Shown here in pieces: positions 40,009 to 49,251 of a stretch of 64,000 nucleotides of DNA (positions are counted from its first letter, which is position 1; each line of letters opens with the position of its first letter). This stretch comes from a candidate division FCPU426 bacterium (lineage in GTDB: Bacteria > Oederibacteriota > Muellerivitia > Muellerivitales > Muellerivitaceae). The stretch is taken from contig CAVRAL010000001.1 of assembly GCA_963719085.1 (NCBI GenBank), positions 288,001 to 352,000 on the forward strand. The letters are read 5' to 3'. The position numbers were made by a program, and so were the translations under genes. The notes under the pieces were generated by a model that was not told the origin of the DNA, ran no database searches, and saw only the letters and a program-made list of their open reading frames with translations.

Positions 40009-41084
40009 TGGAGTTATTAAACCAAGGCAACGGCCAACACAATTTTCACCGCCAAGACGCCAAGCTCGCCAAGAAAATCAAGAAACAATCGAGTTTTGAA
40101 AAACATTCATTTTTTAGCCTTACTTGGCGCACTTGGCGGCCACTCTTCCATAAAACAGTTAATGAGGGTGGCGCTGTCCCGCTTGTTTGGCCCAAGAGTG
40201 GGCCAGCGGGACGTCTTGGCGGTGAAAGGGTATTCAGTGTTTTGGCTTTGTTTGTTTGTCTTATGACAGTACCTTTGGCGGCCGTGGCGCAAACGCCCGT
40301 GCCGACCCCTTCGGCCAATACCTGGGACTATGCCGCTTTCCAAGCCGCCTTTAAGGCCAGCGGCCGCACGACGACCTTAACCCAGGAAAAGTTTGACGCG
40401 GTTCAGGTTCAAAAGAAGAAAGCCTATGACTATTTGAAGACCTATCTGGATGGCAAGTTCGGTAAGGCCAATCCCGCGGTCTTGGCCGGTTTCCAAGCTC
40501 TGCCGCGCGAGTATTACCACTACAACTACCAGAAGGGCAAAGATTTCTGCTCTTTGGCCTATGACATTCCCGGCAAGCCCTGGGCCATCGGTTATGGCTC
40601 CGCCTTGAGCGATTACCCCGGCCAGGCCTATATGATTCAGTTGGCCAGGCCGAAGCCCACGGATGTGGCTTTAGAAATTGGGACGGGAAGCGGTTACAAC
40701 ATTTCACTGCTCTCAAAAACAGTGAAGGAAGCCTACTCAATTGAGATCATCCAGCCTTTGGGTGAGGCGGTCTCCAACATTTTCGCGCCGCTTCATTTGA
40801 CCAACATCCATACCCGGGTCGGGGACGGCTTTTTCGGTTGGCCGGAGGTGAAGGGCGGGTTCAATTTGATCGTGGTTACCTGCGCCGCCCAATATGTGCC
40901 GCCCCAGCTTTTAGAACAGCTCAAGCCCAACGGCCGCATGATCATCCCCATCGGCCAGCCCTTCCGCGGCCATCAGGTGCTTTATGTCTATATGAAGGAC
41001 GCCGACGGCAAGGTTCATTCGAAGAAGGATATGGGCGTGTTCTTTATCCCGATGACGGGGCAGATGCAGAAGGGGAAGACGTAG
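40005..41084 (+). CDS. pcm: Protein-L-isoaspartate O-methyltransferase-like protein with signal-peptide-like N-terminus
   Basis: LEIGTGSGY, YSIEII, GDGFFGWPE, QLKPNGRMIIPIG, FIPMTG; ATGA overlap with upstream gene. Confidence 0.85.
   Translation: MMELLNQGNGQHNFHRQDAKLAKKIKKQSSFEKHSFFSLTWRTWRPLFHKTVNEGGAVPLVWPKSGPAGRLGGERVFSVLALFVCLMTVPLAAVAQTPVPTPSANTWDYAAFQAAFKASGRTTTLTQEKFDAVQVQKKKAYDYLKTYLDGKFGKANPAVLAGFQALPREYYHYNYQKGKDFCSLAYDIPGKPWAIGYGSALSDYPGQAYMIQLARPKPTDVALEIGTGSGYNISLLSKTVKEAYSIEIIQPLGEAVSNIFAPLHLTNIHTRVGDGFFGWPEVKGGFNLIVVTCAAQYVPPQLLEQLKPNGRMIIPIGQPFRGHQVLYVYMKDADGKVHSKKDMGVFFIPMTGQMQKGKT
40044..40227. repeat. REP-like palindrome R1 inside the pcm 5' coding region
   Basis: Left arm tttcaccgccaagacgccaagctcgccaag; right arm cttggcgcacttggcg[insert]cgtcttggcggtgaaa. 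Confidence 0.85.
40139..40211 (-). mobile_element. 73-nt two-hairpin mini-element (copy C)
   Basis: Interrupts the R1 arm; flanked by a CG duplication. Confidence 0.75.
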
Positions 41085-41166
41085 AGGTTAACAGAATTTT
41101 GAACAAGTATTAATCAAAACGGCTTTAGCTCATCGTTTAAACCGCAAAGTTACTCTCAAAAGCCAT

Positions 41167-41343
41167 TCAATAACCATTGAAGGGCGGTTCAAAACCCTTA
41201 TTTCCTAATGTTTTGAGAAATGCTGTCCCAGCTTCGGCAAAATTACCACCAAGCCACCCAATGAAAAAAAGAGAAATGAAAATCGATAAACGGGCGTTAT
41301 TGAATGATTTAGCCCTAATTTCTTGATTTATTTCTTTTTTCAT
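41167..41343 (-). CDS. Small AT-rich hypothetical membrane peptide or gene remnant
   Basis: AAGGAG upstream; one hydrophobic stretch; low-GC context. Confidence 0.3.
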   Translation of the reverse strand: MKKEINQEIRAKSFNNARLSIFISLFFIGWLGGNFAEAGTAFLKTLGNKGFEPPFNGY

Positions 41344-41544
41344 TTTAACACGAATCTCCTTGATTAGAATTTTGGATTCTACAAAAACTAAAATAAAATG
41401 GTAAACATCCTCACAATAACCATTATGAGGATGTTTACCCGTACAGCTCATCGGTGATTTCTGAAATACCGTTGAAACAAGCTATGAAAAAACGGTAAAT
41501 CACAAACCTAGCTTTTGCCCCGCCTGCTTCCTAAGATAACCGCC

Positions 41545-43377
41545 ATGCCCAATCCCCACGATCCACCTGACGGCCTGCCCAAAACCTGGAAAGAGCGATT
41601 CAACTCCCTCAAAAACCTGGGGCCTTTGCTCAAGATGGTTTGGGAAACCAGCCCTTGGCTGACCGTCTCGACCCTTCTTTTAAGACTCATCGCCGCCTTT
41701 ATCCCGATCTCGACCCTTTGGATTTCCAAGCTCATCATCAATATGGTCGTTCAGGTCATCCGCCATGAGACCATCAACCAGACCCGGTTTTGGGAATTGG
41801 TGGCCTTGGATATCGTATTGGCGGTCGGGTCCGATGTGCTTTCTCGGCTCACCACGCTGGTGGATAGCCTGCTCGGGGACCGCTTTTCCAATTCCATCGA
41901 CCTAAAGCTGATGAAGCATGCGGTCTCGCTTGACCTGTCATCCTTTGAAGACCCGGCCTTTTACGACAAGATGGAACGGGCGCGGCGGCAGGGAGCCATT
42001 CGCATGGGGCTGCTGGCGTCTTTGGCGGGCATGGCCAAGCAGTTGCTCACCCTGATTACCCTGATGTCGGCGGTCATTTTGTTCTCGCCTTGGCTGCTAC
42101 TTCTTCTGGCCGCGGCCACGCTTCCGGTCTTTTTAGGCGAAACCCAGTTTGCGCTTCTGAATTACTCCATCCTTTACCAGCAAACGCCCGCCCGGCGTGA
42201 ACTGGATTACCTGCGGTTCATCGGCGCCAGTAACCACAGCGCCAAAGAAGTGAAGATATTCGGCCTGGGAAACTACCTGATGGACCGGCTGAAGGGTCTT
42301 TTCCAACGCTTCTATAACGAGAACAAAGGGCTGGCGGTTAAAAGGGCGGTGCGGGGATCGTTACTCAACCTCATCTCAACCGCCGCCTATTACACGGCTT
42401 ACGTGCTGATCCTGATCCGGGCTTTGGCCGGGCTTTTGTCGGTGGGGGATTTGACCTTGCTGACGAGCGCCTTCTCGAGGTCCCGGGACATCATGGAAAG
42501 CCTGGTTCAACAATTGGTTGATGTTTCCGAGCAAGCTCTATATGTGAAAGACCTTTTTGACTACTTCGATACCAAGCCTTCCATCATCTCCAAGCCTAAC
42601 GCTTTGCCCGTTCCCAAACCCATTCGGACTGGCTTTGAATTCCAGAACGTCCATTTCACCTATCCGGGCGCCAAGGAAGAAGTCTTCAAGGGTGTTAGCT
42701 TCAAGCTCAAGCCGGGGGAGCGCATCGCGCTGGTGGGCGAGAATGGCGCCGGTAAAACCACGCTGGTGAAGCTATTGGCCCGTCTTTATGACCCAACCGA
42801 AGGCCGCATATTGCTGGATGGCGTGGATCTTCGGGATTACAGCGCCGAAGAATTAAGGCGGGAGATCGGTGTTTTGTTCCAGGATTACGTGCGCTACGAC
42901 ATGACCGCCGGGGAAAATATCGGGTTTGGGCGTATTGAGGAACTGGGGAATCAACCGAAGATCGAGCAAGCGGCGGTCAAAAGCCTGGCCGCGCCGGTCA
43001 TTGAGAAGCTTCAAAACCGCTATCAGCAAATGTTGGGCTGGCGTTTTGACGGCGGCGCGGAGCTTTCGACCGGCCAATGGCAAAAAATCGCGCTGGGGCG
43101 GGCTTATATGCGTGACGCTCAGATCCTGATCCTGGATGAACCCACGGCGAGCCTGGACGCGAGGGCGGAGTTTGAGGTGTATCAGCGGTTTTTGGACCTC
43201 ACGGGCGGCAAAACAGCGGTTCTCATCTCGCACCGCTTCTCAACGGTACGCATGGCCGACCGGATCTTGTTTTTGGAGCAGGGAAAGCTGATTGAGGAGG
43301 GCACCCATCAGGAACTGGTAGCCCTTCGCGGCAAGTACGCCGAGCTTTTCGAGCTTCAGGCCAAGGGCTACCGCTAA
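41545..43377 (+). CDS. ABC transporter fused permease/ATPase
   Basis: TM domain plus GENGAGKTT, LSTGQWQK, ILDEPT, ISHRFST. Confidence 0.93.
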   Translation: MPNPHDPPDGLPKTWKERFNSLKNLGPLLKMVWETSPWLTVSTLLLRLIAAFIPISTLWISKLIINMVVQVIRHETINQTRFWELVALDIVLAVGSDVLSRLTTLVDSLLGDRFSNSIDLKLMKHAVSLDLSSFEDPAFYDKMERARRQGAIRMGLLASLAGMAKQLLTLITLMSAVILFSPWLLLLLAAATLPVFLGETQFALLNYSILYQQTPARRELDYLRFIGASNHSAKEVKIFGLGNYLMDRLKGLFQRFYNENKGLAVKRAVRGSLLNLISTAAYYTAYVLILIRALAGLLSVGDLTLLTSAFSRSRDIMESLVQQLVDVSEQALYVKDLFDYFDTKPSIISKPNALPVPKPIRTGFEFQNVHFTYPGAKEEVFKGVSFKLKPGERIALVGENGAGKTTLVKLLARLYDPTEGRILLDGVDLRDYSAEELRREIGVLFQDYVRYDMTAGENIGFGRIEELGNQPKIEQAAVKSLAAPVIEKLQNRYQQMLGWRFDGGAELSTGQWQKIALGRAYMRDAQILILDEPTASLDARAEFEVYQRFLDLTGGKTAVLISHRFSTVRMADRILFLEQGKLIEEGTHQELVALRGKYAELFELQAKGYR

Positions 43378-43448
43378 CCTTTTTGACTTTTGGTATTCCT
43401 GACCGGATAATGGCGTTTTCCAGGTCTTTTATAGGGGTCATTTTCGAT

Positions 43449-44417
43449 ATGAGAAAACTTCTTCTTTTAACCGCTTGGCTTACCGCTGGGTTACTCACTT
43501 GGGCATGCCAAAAAAACTACAGCCTCACCCCGGTTTCCCCGGGTGGTTCCTCGGGCACCTGCTTGGGAACCCATCTATTCATCAGCCTATGGGGCCAGAC
43601 GGGTTCGGCGAATGGGCAGTTTTCCTTTCCCGCCGAGCTCGTGATCAACGGATCCGGAAACCTGTTGGTGGCGGACTTCAACAACTCCCGAATCCAGGAA
43701 TTTTCCCCCGCGGGAACCTATTTAACCCAATGGGGCGGCGCGGGAAGCGGCAATGGCCAGTTCAACGGGTCGCCGGCGGTGGCCGTGGACAACAGCGGCA
43801 ATGTCTATGTGGCGGATTATGGGAATGACCGGATTGAGAAGTTTAACAGCGGCGGAACCTACCTCACCCAATGGGGCACCGCGGGCACGGGAAACGGCCA
43901 ACTCCTAAGCCCGGATGGGCTCGCCACGGATTCCAGTGGAAACGTTTATGTCGCCGAATCGGGCAACAGCCGGGTCCAAGAATTCACTTCCGCCGGGGCC
44001 TATGTCAATCAAATGGGAAGCTACGGGACCGGCAACGGCCAATTGGAGAACCCGGCGTTCCTGGTGTTGGATTCGGGCGGAAATATCTACGTGACGGATT
44101 ACAACAATAACCGGGTGGAAGTATTTACGAACGCGGGGGCTTACAAAACGCAGTGGGGGACGCTTGGGGCGAACAACGGCCAGTTTTCAGGGCCCGGCGG
44201 TATCGCGTTTGACCATTGCGGGAACCTTTATGTGTCCGATACCGGTAACGCCCGGGTGCAGGAATTTACTTCCCAGGGGGTTTACGTGAGCCAATGGGGG
44301 ACTTCGGGAACGGGCAACGGGCAATTCACCTATCCGGCCGGGATCGCCGCGGATTCCAGCAACAATCTTTACATCTCGGACGGCCACAACAACACCATTC
44401 AAAAATTCGGGTCCTAA
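43449..44417 (+). CDS. NHL-repeat six-bladed beta-propeller lipoprotein
   Basis: Lipobox-like TWAC; six repeats of WG..G.GNGQF..P.G.A.D..GNVYVAD..N.RIQ.F. Confidence 0.9.
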   Translation: MRKLLLLTAWLTAGLLTWACQKNYSLTPVSPGGSSGTCLGTHLFISLWGQTGSANGQFSFPAELVINGSGNLLVADFNNSRIQEFSPAGTYLTQWGGAGSGNGQFNGSPAVAVDNSGNVYVADYGNDRIEKFNSGGTYLTQWGTAGTGNGQLLSPDGLATDSSGNVYVAESGNSRVQEFTSAGAYVNQMGSYGTGNGQLENPAFLVLDSGGNIYVTDYNNNRVEVFTNAGAYKTQWGTLGANNGQFSGPGGIAFDHCGNLYVSDTGNARVQEFTSQGVYVSQWGTSGTGNGQFTYPAGIAADSSNNLYISDGHNNTIQKFGS

Positions 44418-45010
44418 ACCCCGGCCAGGGCCAACAGGCTTGGCGCCGATTTGGACGGCGAATTCCGGTCTTAGTTCCCCCGTGTTTTTAACCCCAGGCA
44501 CCTAAGTTGTTATTTATCAGACGCACCCAAGGCGCGCGAAAAAGCGGTTACTTCATCTTGGTCGAAGGCTTGACCTAAGGGAGCGAAAGCTTCTTGTTCG
44601 CGCGCGGTCTTGAAAAAAACACGTCGATTTCGCCGTTTTTGCATTTAAACCACTTTTTTTTAAATGATTTTTAGGGGTCACGACCCGGAAGACCTTCCTC
44701 GATTTTGCTAAAACACGTCTAAAATGAAAATTTTCTGGTCCGGATCAAAGCTGAAATTTTCGGTTCCGAGTGGTCGGAAAGTCGGTTGGCGGCGGTTTTG
44801 AACCGGCTCAGCGGCTTGGAATGAAGGCCCGCAGGGGCGTAAGCTGGCTTGGGGGCGGGGTTTCGCCGGTGATCCGGGAGGCGGCTTTTGAAAGACCAAT
44901 CATTTAAAGGCTTTCCCATAATTGGAACACCGAATCGGGATAGGTTGAAAAGGTCCGGAAGAATTACTTTAACCCTTCAAGCGGGTGGATTTTAAAGGCA
45001 AAGGCGGCGA

Positions 45011-45760
45011 ATGAATCCGATCGGCTCTTTAGCTTGGGCTTACCAGAACGGCGGGCGTCTAACGCTCCGGGAGCGGTTCCTTTTTATGGGTTCGGCGCTC
45101 CAAGCTGCCGTTGCCCGGCGTTGGCGCAAGCGGCTGGTCCTTTCCCCGGCGGATGACGCCCGATTGGACTTGGAAAGGCTCTCGTTTCCGGACAGCCGGC
45201 TGGTGACCGAGGTTTTCGCCCTTTGCGAAGAGGCCTATGAGCCTTGGCTTTTGAACCATTGCCTGCGTTCGTACCTGTGGGGCGGCTTGGTCAGCCAGTT
45301 GGAAGGGGTGAAGTTTGACCGGGAAGCGCAATTGGTCATCGCCCTGCTTCATGATCTGGCCTTGACCCGCGCCTACCCGGCCGAAAACCCGAAAGATTGT
45401 TTCGCGGTCCGGGGCGCGCGATTGGCGCGAAAAACCCTCGCCGATCTGGGGCATCCCGATTTAGCCTTGAGCGCCGCCGAAAGCATCGCCCTGCATTTGA
45501 ATGTTTCGGTTTCCCGCCAGGAACCTTCCGCCAGTTACCTGCTGCATCAGGGGGCGGTCATCGATGTGGTGGGCTGGGGAAGCCGCAAGGTCCGCCCCCG
45601 CAAGGACTTGGTGTTGGAAAAGCATCCCCGGTTGGGCTTCAAGAACCGCTTTACGGATGTGATCACGGAAGAAGCCCGGGGCCAAGCCCATACCCGCCTG
45701 GCTTGGTTGATCCGGTTTGGCTTTAAGGGCATGATCCAAAAAGCCCCTTACCTGGAATAA
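45011..45760 (+). CDS. HD-domain protein
   Basis: NHCLRSY...LLHDL...IALH...D motifs. Confidence 0.8.
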   Translation: MNPIGSLAWAYQNGGRLTLRERFLFMGSALQAAVARRWRKRLVLSPADDARLDLERLSFPDSRLVTEVFALCEEAYEPWLLNHCLRSYLWGGLVSQLEGVKFDREAQLVIALLHDLALTRAYPAENPKDCFAVRGARLARKTLADLGHPDLALSAAESIALHLNVSVSRQEPSASYLLHQGAVIDVVGWGSRKVRPRKDLVLEKHPRLGFKNRFTDVITEEARGQAHTRLAWLIRFGFKGMIQKAPYLE

Positions 45761-45761
45761 A

Positions 45762-45793
45762 AACAGGCCGGCGGGGAATCCCGCCGGCCTGTT
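45762..45793. terminator. Hairpin terminator between convergent genes
   Basis: aacaggccggcggg / cccgccggcctgtt. Confidence 0.7.
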
Positions 45794-45883
45794 AGAAGCG
45801 AAGATGAGTCTCCAAAAACCTCGACCCGGTTGTTCCAGCTGTCGCGGACATAACATCGCCCGAATCAAAAGCGATAGCGGACC

Positions 45884-46291
45884 CTACAAACTATAATTCA
45901 GCTCAATCGAGCAGGTTTTGGGGGTCGCCTGGGATTTGGCGTCGCCCCGGATGCTTTTCAACTCGCCGGTTCCCGAACCGGTGATGATCGTGGATACGGA
46001 ATGGGCCTTTCCGGCCTCGTAGGCCCCTTGATCCTCCATCACGAAACTGCCCGTCCTGCCGTCGAGCTTGCCCTCGAACCGGATCAACCCCATGTATTTG
46101 GCAACAGCTTTATGAGGGTCTTTGTCGTCAAAGTCCGAATAGTACATCAGCCATTCCACGGACGCTTTTCCCTCCATAGGACCGGTAAATACGAACTCCA
46201 CTGAGGCTTTGGTCATTTTTTGATTTCCGGAAATGGACAAATAAGGTTTTTCATCCCATTTGGCGGGGGTGTAATTGGCGATGGCTCGCAT
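45884..46291 (-). CDS. DUF3224 family protein
   Basis: WDEKPY...FTGPMEG...G.LDGRTGSFV...GSGTGEL. Confidence 0.85.
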   Translation of the reverse strand: MRAIANYTPAKWDEKPYLSISGNQKMTKASVEFVFTGPMEGKASVEWLMYYSDFDDKDPHKAVAKYMGLIRFEGKLDGRTGSFVMEDQGAYEAGKAHSVSTIITGSGTGELKSIRGDAKSQATPKTCSIELNYSL

Positions 46292-46310
46292 AAGGCCTCC
46301 GGATTATTTT

Positions 46311-47267
46311 TTAAACCGTCTCGGCGCTGGCCTGGCTCAACTTCTCAATCGTGGCCGGGTCCAAATCCATCTGCACCCCTTCGGCCAGGTCCTTCACCTG
46401 GTCCAGGTTGGTGGCGCTGGCGATGGGGGCCGTGATGCCGGGCCGGGCCACGAGCCAGGCCAAGGCGATTTGGGCGGGGGTGGCGCTTAAGTTTTTGGCC
46501 GCCTCATCCAGGGCCTTCAAGATTCTAAATCCCCGCTCGTTCAGGTATTTTTTGATCCCTTGCCCCCGCTGGCTCTTGCCCAGGTCCGCTTCCGACCGGT
46601 ATTTGCCCGTCAAAAATCCCGAGGCCAGCGAGAAATAGGGAATGACCCCCAGGTTTCTATCCCAGCACAAGGGTTCCAGGTTCTTTTCGTAGTCGGCCCT
46701 TTCATAGAGGTTGTAGTGCGGCTGCAGGGTTTGATAGACCGGATAGTTTTTCTTCGCGCTGACCTTCAGGGCGTCCCCCAGCCGGTCGGCTTTGTAGTTC
46801 GAGGCGCCGATGATCCGCACCTTTCCTTGTTTGACGAGTTCGGAATAGGCTTCCAGGGTCTCGTCCAAACGGGTGTCCAGGTCATCTTGATGGGACTGGT
46901 AAAGGTCGATCCTGTCGGTTTGCAGGCGCTTGAGGGAGTCTTCCACGGCTTTGAGGATATAAGTCCTCGAGAGGCCTTTTTTACCGTCCCCCATGTCCAT
47001 GCCGACCTTGGTGGCCAGGATGACCTTGTCCCTTTTGCCGCTTTGCTTGAGCCAATTGCCGATGATGGTTTCGGACTCGCCCCCCTGGTGGCCCGGAATC
47101 CATCGGGAATAGACATCGGCCGTGTCGATCAGGTTGAATCCGGCGTCCACGAAGGAGTCCAAGATTTTGAAAGAAGTGGGTTCGTCGATGGTCCAGCCGA
47201 AAACATTGCCGCCAAAGGCCCAGGGCGCCACCTCAATCCCTGAATTTCCCAGTTTGCGCATTTCCAT
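46311..47267 (-). CDS. Aldo/keto reductase
   Basis: FGGNVFGW, DTADVYS, IDLYQSH, APIASAT. Confidence 0.95.
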   Translation of the reverse strand: MEMRKLGNSGIEVAPWAFGGNVFGWTIDEPTSFKILDSFVDAGFNLIDTADVYSRWIPGHQGGESETIIGNWLKQSGKRDKVILATKVGMDMGDGKKGLSRTYILKAVEDSLKRLQTDRIDLYQSHQDDLDTRLDETLEAYSELVKQGKVRIIGASNYKADRLGDALKVSAKKNYPVYQTLQPHYNLYERADYEKNLEPLCWDRNLGVIPYFSLASGFLTGKYRSEADLGKSQRGQGIKKYLNERGFRILKALDEAAKNLSATPAQIALAWLVARPGITAPIASATNLDQVKDLAEGVQMDLDPATIEKLSQASAETV

Positions 47268-47398
47268 GGAAGGTCTCCTTCAACTTGTTCTTCCGTGAAT
47301 TTTGAGCCTTGAGCCGGCCCAATCGCAAGAGCGGGCGGAAAAAAATCCGCCGGTCTTTGAGGATTAAGACCTTCTAACAAAGTTAAAAGGCAATTGAG

Positions 47399-47563
47399 CA
47401 ATGATGCCCCGGGACCCCATTGAAGGAGTCAAGGAGGCCCGGGACAATACCGCTCTCTCTTGACTCCTTTATGGAAGAGCGGCGCGGACGCAGATAAACG
47501 CCGATTTATGATAAACATGGGATTAGGCAGCTTTTTATCGGCGTTCATCCGCATTTATCATTG
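47399..47563. repeat. REP-like palindrome R2 containing mini-element copy A (47408-47483)
   Basis: caatgat..ggacgcagataaacgccgat / atcggcgttcatccgcatttatcattg arms. Confidence 0.75.
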
Positions 47564-47587
47564 TTAAATTGGTTTTTGTTAGAGGCT

Positions 47588-48334
47588 CTAAGGCTGCGCG
47601 GCGAGGGGAGCGGTCGCCAAGCTGAGCAGGGACAGGGTCAGCACCAGGAAAACATATTGGAAAAGGCCCACATTGTCGGCCTCGTCCGGGACTTGCCGGC
47701 GAAAGGCCTGGAAGAGGGCAAAGCCCAACAGCGCTAAAAGCAGATATTCCCGGGTCAAGGTCAGCGCCAAGCCGATGCCGGCGACGGCAAGCCAGCGTTG
47801 GGGCCGGTTGAGCGAATGAAAGCCCCGTCCGCCGTCCAACTGCCAAAAGGGAATGAGGTTGAACAGATTGATCCAGGCCCCGGTATGGGCGATGGCGGAC
47901 CAGATGCCGTATTGGGTAAAAAGATAAGCCGCCCAGGCGGCGACAGCGGCCCCTAATCCCCAAAAGGGACCGGCGAGCCCGACTCGGGCGTCTTGGATGG
48001 GATTGGAAAAGGATTGCTGGACCCGGATGAAGGCGCCGACGAAAGGAATAAAAAGGGGGGCGGTGGCCTCGATGCCGTAGCTTCGCAGTTTGGCCACGTG
48101 GCCCATCTCATGGATATAAATGGAAAGCACGAAACCCAAGGCGAAAGGCCAGCCCCATTGGTGCCAATAAACGCCGAAAAACAAAAGCATGGATAAAAGT
48201 GTTTTGATTTTAAGAAGGCCCAGCAACAAAAACTTAAATTTGGCGAAGAGCAGGGCCAAGACCGCCAGGATGCTCCATCGGCCTGAGGTGTTTTTCGGTT
48301 TTTGGGAGGGAGTCAGGTCAAATTCGTCGCTCAT
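47588..48334 (-). CDS. Site-2 protease (M50) family metallopeptidase
   Basis: HEMGH, LAGP, NLIPFWQLDGGR. Confidence 0.9.
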   Translation of the reverse strand: MSDEFDLTPSQKPKNTSGRWSILAVLALLFAKFKFLLLGLLKIKTLLSMLLFFGVYWHQWGWPFALGFVLSIYIHEMGHVAKLRSYGIEATAPLFIPFVGAFIRVQQSFSNPIQDARVGLAGPFWGLGAAVAAWAAYLFTQYGIWSAIAHTGAWINLFNLIPFWQLDGGRGFHSLNRPQRWLAVAGIGLALTLTREYLLLALLGFALFQAFRRQVPDEADNVGLFQYVFLVLTLSLLSLATAPLAAQP

Positions 48335-48354
48335 GCGATTCCTTTTGAAATCAG

Positions 48355-49230
48355 TTAGGGTTTTGGCGGGAAGGGAACCAGTTCCCGGCCGCAGTCCCCG
48401 CACCGGCCTTCGGCGATGACATATTCTATATCACATCTTTGGCAATAGCTCAGGTGGGCGGGCGCGGAAGGCGCGGGCGGCTTCAAAAGATCGGCCGTGT
48501 CCATGCTTAAGTCTTTCAACCACTGGGCCAGCGCTTTTGCCTCGCCGATGGCCGTCGATTCGAGCCATAGGGATTCTTCCGGCCCGCGCGCGGCGGGATA
48601 GCGCAAACGAAGCATCCAGCCGCGGGCCAATCCCCCAAAGGCGGCCTCGTCCAAAAATAATTTCGCCGCGACCAGGGGATGAAAAGCTTTGAGCAGATCA
48701 TCCCCCAAAAGGTCGGCCGACCGGGAAGACTGCCAAGGCGATACCAGGCAGAGGATCGTTCTTTTGATTCGGATCTTTTTTTCGCCGGGGTAGAGCGCGC
48801 GGTGCGCCCGCCCAAAGGCGGCCGTGACGGCCAAGTGAAGCGCCAGAAAAACGCAAAGCAGGACCGCCCAAGCCAAAGGAAAACCCCGCCGGATAAAATA
48901 AAGGGTCAAGGCGGCGAGAACGACGAGCAGCAGGCCCCGGGTGAGCCAGTTTAAAATCCGGGTCTCTTGGTTAAAGGCGTCCCATCGGTTTTGGGCGTCC
49001 TGAACCGAAAGGCTGGCGGGCCCGGGGCTGGGCGCCCCCGGAACGGGGGCGGGGAAGCGGCCGGTGAAGCCCAGGGGCCAGGGATTGCGGAACCTTAACG
49101 CCGGACCTTGGATGAAAGAAAAACGCCGGAACCAAGATAGAAAGAGAATCTCCCCGGGCTTGGCCCATAAACCGCATTCGGCCAGGTAAAGTCCCAAGCC
49201 GAAAAGCAGGAACAGGTCAAGCCGGCTCAA
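48355..49230 (-). CDS. Hypothetical membrane protein with C-terminal Zn-ribbon
   Basis: TM segments; CQRC...CGDC. Confidence 0.7.
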   Translation of the reverse strand: MSRLDLFLLFGLGLYLAECGLWAKPGEILFLSWFRRFSFIQGPALRFRNPWPLGFTGRFPAPVPGAPSPGPASLSVQDAQNRWDAFNQETRILNWLTRGLLLVVLAALTLYFIRRGFPLAWAVLLCVFLALHLAVTAAFGRAHRALYPGEKKIRIKRTILCLVSPWQSSRSADLLGDDLLKAFHPLVAAKLFLDEAAFGGLARGWMLRLRYPAARGPEESLWLESTAIGEAKALAQWLKDLSMDTADLLKPPAPSAPAHLSYCQRCDIEYVIAEGRCGDCGRELVPFPPKP

Positions 49231-49251
49231 GGCAGGCTCCCGGTGGGATGA

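Noticed and set aside
43560..44410. CRISPR-like regular repeats
   Set aside because: They are degenerate in-frame NHL protein repeats, not identical repeats with unique spacers
44532..44605. tRNA (74-nt cloverleaf-like fold)
   Set aside because: No T-loop TTCRA in the correct position, no D-loop GG and no proper anticodon arm
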